From an uncultured Gammaproteobacteria bacterium (GTDB taxonomy: Bacteria > Pseudomonadota > Gammaproteobacteria > Xanthomonadales > Rhodanobacteraceae): 64,000 nucleotides of DNA. The stretch covers positions 425,944 to 489,943 of the forward strand of contig CAWDRH010000001.1 in NCBI GenBank assembly GCA_963804695.1, written 5' to 3'. The notes under the pieces are model-generated. The model did no database searches. It saw only the letters and a list, made by a program, of their open reading frames with translations, and was not told where the DNA came from. The translations under genes and the position numbers were made by a program. Below, in pieces: positions 58,686 to 64,000 of the stretch; the stretch's first letter is position 1, and each line of letters begins with the position of its first letter.

Positions 58686-59042
58686 TCACTTTGGCTTGCG
58701 TTTGTAATGCCGCGCATCCCAGCCCAGCGCACCGATCACGATCAAGGTGAGCGCGATTTCGATCAAGGCGGACAAGCGTGCGGCGCGGTCACTCCAGGCA
58801 ATGGCGATCCCGTGACAGAAGTAGAACAGGCAGACGATGCCGCCGACAAGGACGCCGCGCCGCAGGTTGCGTCGGCAGATCCACAGCCCCGGCAGCAAGG
58901 GAAGGATAGTCAGCGCTGGCAACATCCAGCGTTGAGTACCAGGTAGCGGTTGCAGCCAGCCGTTCCAGACGATTTGCAAAAGAGCCAAGGCGGCGAGTGC
59001 GGCGGCGCCGAGATGCAAGATGTTGAATCGCGGCGTTCTCAT
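58686..59042 (-). CDS. small membrane protein (DUF2069-like)
   Basis: Start chosen at MRTPRFNILHLGAAALAALALL. About 118 aa with 4 hydrophobic helices. It lies downstream of the flavodoxin-like quinone reductase, which is a common pairing. Confidence 0.55.
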   Translation of the reverse strand: MRTPRFNILHLGAAALAALALLQIVWNGWLQPLPGTQRWMLPALTILPLLPGLWICRRNLRRGVLVGGIVCLFYFCHGIAIAWSDRAARLSALIEIALTLIVIGALGWDARHYKRKPK

Positions 59043-59052
59043 CGTGCGTGGC

Positions 59053-59664
<612 letters not shown>

Positions 59665-59681
59665 TTAGGTATTATCTTCGC

Positions 59682-60956
59682 ATGCCACACCTCGATCGCC
59701 ACCGTATCATCACCTTTGCGCATTTTTCCTGGCGGAGATTCCTCGAGGAAAATTGTCTGCAAACCGCCGGCGCGCTGGCGTACACCACCTTGTTCGCCCT
59801 GGTGCCGCTGATTGCGGTACTGCTCGGTATCCTCGCTGCGTTTCCGGTGTTCGCGCAATGGCGCGAGCAGATCACGCAATTCGTGTTCTCGAATTTCGTG
59901 CCGGCGACCGGCGATGTCGTGAGTAGTTATCTGACCCAATTTGCCGACAACGCGAGCAAGGCGACCGCGATCGGCATTCTGCTGCTTCTGTTCAGTGCGG
60001 TGATGCTGATGTTGAGCATCGAGGACGCGTTCAATCGTATCTGGCGTGTGCGCAGCGGCCGGCCGACCGCCACGCGCCTGATCGCACACTGGGCGGTGCT
60101 GACCCTGGGCCCGCTGCTGGTCGTCGCTGCCGTGGTGGTCAGTTCGTACCTGCTGGCACTGCCATTGCTCGATGCCGTGGATGCAGAATTTTCGCTCAAG
60201 GCGCATCTGCTCGGCTGGCTGCCATTTCTGATCCAGTGGGTGGTACTCGCGCTCGCCTATACGCTGATTCCGCATCGTCAGGTGCGTGTGCGCGATGCAA
60301 TGATCGGTGCCTTGATCGCGGCGTTGTTGTTCGAGGCAGCCAAGCGTGGATTCGCGGCCTACGTGACGCATGGGACGAATTACCAGCAAGTCTACGGCGC
60401 ACTCGCGATCATTCCGATCTTCATCGCCTGGATTTATTTGTCGTGGGTGCTGGTCCTGCTTGGGGCGTCGCTGACCGCGGCGTTCGCCGCATTCGACTAT
60501 CACCCGCACGCGACGCGTCTGGCGCCGGGCGAGGAATTCCGCGGATTGATCCGGGTACTCGCGCATTTCGCTGTCGCGCATCGTGCGAGCAGCGCAATGG
60601 CGAGCAGCGAATTAAGCGAGCGCGAACCGTTCCTGACCGATGATTTGATCCAGCGCCATCTCGGCGATCTGGAACGCACCGGTTTTATTCAGCGCACCGA
60701 AAAAGGCGATTGGGTGTTGACGCGCGACCTGGCGTCGATCAGCCTGTTCGACCTTTACGCCGCGAGTGGATACCGTTTGCCGCTGGGAGCGCCGTTGCCG
60801 GGCGGCACTGCTCTGGATGCGAAAGCAACGGACTTGCTTGCCGCTGCCGCACAGCAATTGCGTATCGCTTTGCGCAGTCCGCTGACCGAAATTTTTCCGG
60901 CGCCGGTGCGGTCTGACAAAGATGAAGTGTCCGAATCCATCGAGGAGAAACCATGA
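59682..60956 (+). CDS. yihY: YihY/BrkB-family inner-membrane protein with C-terminal cytoplasmic extension
   Basis: 424 aa with ..LQTAGALAYTTLFALVPLI... and ..YGALAIIPIFIAWIYLSWVLVLLGA. Confidence 0.85.
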   Translation: MPHLDRHRIITFAHFSWRRFLEENCLQTAGALAYTTLFALVPLIAVLLGILAAFPVFAQWREQITQFVFSNFVPATGDVVSSYLTQFADNASKATAIGILLLLFSAVMLMLSIEDAFNRIWRVRSGRPTATRLIAHWAVLTLGPLLVVAAVVVSSYLLALPLLDAVDAEFSLKAHLLGWLPFLIQWVVLALAYTLIPHRQVRVRDAMIGALIAALLFEAAKRGFAAYVTHGTNYQQVYGALAIIPIFIAWIYLSWVLVLLGASLTAAFAAFDYHPHATRLAPGEEFRGLIRVLAHFAVAHRASSAMASSELSEREPFLTDDLIQRHLGDLERTGFIQRTEKGDWVLTRDLASISLFDLYAASGYRLPLGAPLPGGTALDAKATDLLAAAAQQLRIALRSPLTEIFPAPVRSDKDEVSESIEEKP

Positions 60957-61420
60957 ACCGCCTGCTGATCTTGTTTTTATTGAGCTTCACAGCATTGGTC
61001 ACGCATGCCGCCACCGCGTCAAAACCCGCGCTGGCCGTGACCACGCTCGACGGCCAGAGCTTCGAGCTATCAAAACAAAGTGGAAAATGGGTCATTGTGA
61101 ACTTTTGGGCAACATGGTGTTCACCGTGCCTGAAGGAGCTGCCGGACATTTCCGCTTTCGTCGGCGCGCACAAGAATACAGTTGCCGCGATCGGGCTCGA
61201 TTTCGAGGACACAGACAAATCCGATGTGGAGAAATTCCTGAAGACGCATCCGCTGAGCTACCCGGTCGCGCAGGTCGATATCGATAACCCGCCGAAAGAT
61301 TTCGACACACCAAAAGGTTTGCCGAACACGTATGTGATCGCACCCGATGGCCATGTAGCCAAGGTCTTCCTCGGTCCGGTGACGACGAAGGATCTGGACG
61401 CGGTGATCACCGGCAAATAA
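60953..61420 (+). CDS. TlpA-like thiol:disulfide oxidoreductase
   Basis: A signal peptide is followed by the thioredoxin motif WATWCSPC. The start overlaps the yihY stop (ATGA). Confidence 0.85.
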   Translation: MNRLLILFLLSFTALVTHAATASKPALAVTTLDGQSFELSKQSGKWVIVNFWATWCSPCLKELPDISAFVGAHKNTVAAIGLDFEDTDKSDVEKFLKTHPLSYPVAQVDIDNPPKDFDTPKGLPNTYVIAPDGHVAKVFLGPVTTKDLDAVITGK

Positions 61421-61433
61421 GTCCGCCGCCGTC

Positions 61434-61700
61434 ATGGCCAACGTGAAGTTCATCGTCAGCGGCAAGGTACAGGGCGTGTTCTTTCGTGCCTCCACCCGCA
61501 ATGAGGCGCTGCGTCTGGGCCTGACCGGCTACGCAAAGAACTTGCTGGATGGCAAGGTCGAAGTTCTGGCCTGCGGCGAGGAGTCCGCAATAGCGGAGCT
61601 TGAACATTGGTTACAGATCGGGCCACCGGCGGCGCAGGTGCAGTTGGTACAACGCATGGCGGTGGATGTTGCGCTGGCCTCGGGATTTCGTGTTGTCTAG
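61434..61700 (+). CDS. acyP: acylphosphatase
   Basis: 88 aa with [15 protein letters not shown] and [13 protein letters not shown]. Confidence 0.9.
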   Translation: MANVKFIVSGKVQGVFFRASTRNEALRLGLTGYAKNLLDGKVEVLACGEESAIAELEHWLQIGPPAAQVQLVQRMAVDVALASGFRVV

Positions 61701-61746
61701 GAAACTCTGAACATGTTCAGAGTTTCCGCGAGGCAGGATGCCTCGC
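61700..61746. terminator. two tandem hairpins between convergent acyP and ppk2
   Basis: The first is a perfect 28-nt palindrome GGAAACTCTGAACATGTTCAGAGTTTCC. It is followed by GCGAGGC-AGGAT-GCCTCGC. No clear T-tract is present. Confidence 0.45.
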
Positions 61747-61809
61747 CTGCAAATCGAACACGCATGGGTTTGATTTGTTGAAGCCCAGTCCGGACTTATT
61801 CAGTCCGTT

Positions 61810-62577
61810 CTAGAACCTTTCCTCGACCCACAGCGACTTGTCCGGCAATTCTTCCACACCCGGATCACCCTTCAGCTTCGGCAGCCGGAGAGGTTTGACC
61901 GCGATCTTGCGGTCCGGCAAATGATCGAGCAGATGCCGGATCAGGTTGAGCCGGCCGCGATGCTGATCATTGAAATTGACCACATACCAGGGTGCGTGTT
62001 TGCTGTTCGTGTGTTGCAGCATCACATCGCGCGCTGTGCTATAGGCCTGATATTGGTTGCGTGCGGCCAGATCGACCGGCGACATTTTCCAGCGCTTGAG
62101 CGGGTCGCTGGCGCGATCGGCGAAACGCGCTTCCTGTTCTTCCTGGTCGACCGCCAGCCAGTACTTGAACAGCATGATGCCGTCGTCGACCAGGCCGCGT
62201 TCGAATACCGGGCATTGCGCGAGAAAGCGCTGATATTCGGCATCGCTGCAGAAATCCATTACACGCTCGACGCCGGCGCGGTTGTACCAGCTGCGATCGA
62301 ACAGTGCGATTTCGCCAGCGGACGGCAGATGCTCGACATAACGCTGGAAGTACCATTGTGTACTTTCGCGCGAATCGGGCTTGCCCAGCGCGACGATGCG
62401 GTAGTGCCGCGTATCCAGGTATTCGCTGATTGCCTTGATCACACCCCCCTTGCCGGCGGCATCGCGACCTTCGAACAGCACGACGACGCGCTTGCCGTTC
62501 TGAATCAGCCAGCGCTGAAGCTCGACCAGTTCGACCGCAATTGCTTTCAAGTGATGTTCGTATTTGTGCTTCTTCAT
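61810..62577 (-). CDS. ppk2: polyphosphate kinase 2
   Basis: 255 aa with a Walker A-like FEGRDAAGKGG and ..FDRSWYNRAGVERV. Confidence 0.9.
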   Translation of the reverse strand: MKKHKYEHHLKAIAVELVELQRWLIQNGKRVVVLFEGRDAAGKGGVIKAISEYLDTRHYRIVALGKPDSRESTQWYFQRYVEHLPSAGEIALFDRSWYNRAGVERVMDFCSDAEYQRFLAQCPVFERGLVDDGIMLFKYWLAVDQEEQEARFADRASDPLKRWKMSPVDLAARNQYQAYSTARDVMLQHTNSKHAPWYVVNFNDQHRGRLNLIRHLLDHLPDRKIAVKPLRLPKLKGDPGVEELPDKSLWVEERF

Positions 62578-62590
62578 TGGTTCATTGGTA

Positions 62591-63112
62591 TCAACGCTCG
62601 TGCAGCCGCGGCATCAATCCAGCCAGGTTGCACGGTTTGGTGCGCGCATCGAGCTGGTGACAAATCAGTTTTTCCCAGGCCGTGCGGCAGGCGGAAGTCG
62701 AACCCGGGAGGCAGAAAATGAATTTGTCGTTGGCCAGACCGGCGAACGCGCGCGATTGCAAAGTCGAGGTGCCGATCTCGTCGTAGCTGAGGACGCGGAA
62801 CATTTCGCCGAAACCGGGCATGTCCTTGTCGAGCAAGGGGCGAATGGCTTCGGGTGTGGAATCGCGGCCGGTAAAGCCGGTGCCGCCGGTGACAATGATG
62901 CCGTTAACCAGCGTGTCGGCAATCCAGCCTGAGACGATCGCGCGCATGGCGTAACGATCGTCGCGCACGATCGCGCGCGCGCGCAGACGATGGCCGGCCG
63001 TGGCCAGCGCTGTGCACAGATAATCCCCGGAGCTGTCGTTCGCGGCGGTACGCGTATCCGACACCGTGAGTATACAAAGCGACAAGGCGACAAATTCGTT
63101 GCTGGCCGTCAT
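62591..63112 (-). CDS. moaB: molybdenum cofactor biosynthesis protein B
   Basis: [59 protein letters not shown] and [10 protein letters not shown] are collinear with E. coli MoaB. Confidence 0.9.
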   Translation of the reverse strand: MTASNEFVALSLCILTVSDTRTAANDSSGDYLCTALATAGHRLRARAIVRDDRYAMRAIVSGWIADTLVNGIIVTGGTGFTGRDSTPEAIRPLLDKDMPGFGEMFRVLSYDEIGTSTLQSRAFAGLANDKFIFCLPGSTSACRTAWEKLICHQLDARTKPCNLAGLMPRLHER

Positions 63113-64000
63113 CGTGGTACCTCGAAATCTGCTGGCTCGTGACCGCGCTCGAAGTGGCGGAACATCAGCGTCAGTGCGGTTTCGAAATCATGGGAGAAGC
63201 CGGCCATGTCGAACAGGCCAGAGTTGCCGCGGGCATTTTCCACGCGCTCGCGCAGCGTGCGCAGTGCGGCCGGATCCTGCGCCAGGCGCACAGCGACTTC
63301 GACGTAGGCTTGATCCGATGCTGCATTCATGTCGTCCAGACCCAGTTGATGGTTGAGGCTGCCGGCGACGCGCGAGGCAAACGTCGCGCCGGGTTGGGTC
63401 AGCACTGGACAGCCGGCCCACAGCGCATCGCTGGCCGTGGTGTGTGCGTTGTAGGGATTGGTGTCCAGAAACAGATCGACATGGCGATAGCGTGCCAGAT
63501 GTTCGGCGTGCGCCACGTGCAACGCGAACACGATACGCTGCGGATCGATCCCGGCGGCATGCGCGGCGCTGCGCAGATGCGCGTCCGCGTCGCTGCCGGG
63601 CGGACCGGCGAGCAGCCAGAGCACTGCATTCGGCGCCGCATTCAGGATTCTCGCCCAGCGCGCAAAACTGTGCAAAGTATACTTCCACGAATGATTGAAG
63701 CACGCCAGCACGATGCCGTTCGCGGGCAGGCCAAGGCGCGTGCGCGACGGCGCCTCGGCGAGTGTGCGCGTGGTATCGGAAGGTTGATAACAGCGTGGCA
63801 GCAAGACGATGCGCTCGCTGTAGTGAGCACGTTGTTCCGGCGGAATCAGGAAGCGGTCGGCGATCAGATAATCGCACCACGGTGCGCCCAGCGTGCCGGG
63901 ATACGCCAGCCAGTTCACCTGCAGTGGCGCCGGACGCAACGCGAACAATTCCGGATGCGAGCCTTCGCAATAGCCGTCCAGATCGATCAGGATATCGGGC
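63109..64000 (-). CDS. O-GlcNAc-transferase-like (SPINDLY/GT41 C-terminal domain) protein, 5' part outside window
   Basis: The frame is open to the window edge: ..PDILIDLDGYCEGSHPELFALRPAPLQVNWLAYPGTLGAPWCDYLIAD..., then ..FNHSWK.., ..VDLFLDTNPYNAHTTASDALWAGCPVLT. Confidence 0.75.
   Translation of the reverse strand, partial: PDILIDLDGYCEGSHPELFALRPAPLQVNWLAYPGTLGAPWCDYLIADRFLIPPEQRAHYSERIVLLPRCYQPSDTTRTLAEAPSRTRLGLPANGIVLACFNHSWKYTLHSFARWARILNAAPNAVLWLLAGPPGSDADAHLRSAAHAAGIDPQRIVFALHVAHAEHLARYRHVDLFLDTNPYNAHTTASDALWAGCPVLTQPGATFASRVAGSLNHQLGLDDMNAASDQAYVEVAVRLAQDPAALRTLRERVENARGNSGLFDMAGFSHDFETALTLMFRHFERGHEPADFEVPR

Overview
High-GC (by eye about 65%) gammaproteobacterial chromosome segment. 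Gene content suggests Xanthomonadales/Rhodanobacteraceae, which is a low-confidence inference. Most of the window is ordinary backbone: recQ (partial), ftsY-mutY-yggX, rsmD, coaD, ggt, pntAA-AB-B, xni, sufT-like, moaB, ppk2, acyP and yihY. Six things stand out. (1) A roughly 6.9-kb island lies next to tRNA-Phe (about 17.8-24.7 kb) and is AT-richer than the backbone. It carries a heavily decayed P4-type integrase, an AlpA-like HTH gene, a Prim-Pol/PriCT primase and a distal four-ORF cargo operon (17933-20646) that I cannot assign to any family. One of its ORFs has a cytoplasmic papain-fold (NlpC/P60-CHAP-like) signature. This operon is my best candidate for an undescribed defence or toxin system. 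A degraded methyltransferase-endonuclease fusion sits just outside the island. (2) A roughly 12-kb cluster (4.5-16.1 kb) looks dedicated to lipid or glycolipid synthesis and modification. It encodes a desaturase, HAD phosphatase, class-III aminotransferase, KAS, ACP, FemAB-like acyltransferase, hydrolase, two small DMT proteins, an arginase-fold protein, a GT4 and a PAP2. (3) Five copies of a 97-139-bp MITE/REP-like element occur, and the two terminal hairpin repeats co-vary within each copy. (4) Two large secreted S53 (sedolisin) peptidases carry unusual C-terminal repeat modules. (5) A degenerate Hpt-REC-REC-GGDEF-EAL protein and a beta-propeller/Y_Y_Y diguanylate cyclase are present. (6) Many reading-frame breaks (at least about 27 by eye) are concentrated in about 11 genes. 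The proteins can still be reconstructed without nonsense codons, so a local sequence-quality artefact and very recent pseudogenisation cannot be told apart from this sequence. No rRNA genes or CRISPR arrays were seen, and there is one tRNA. All family calls rest on motifs read from the supplied translations; no database search was possible.
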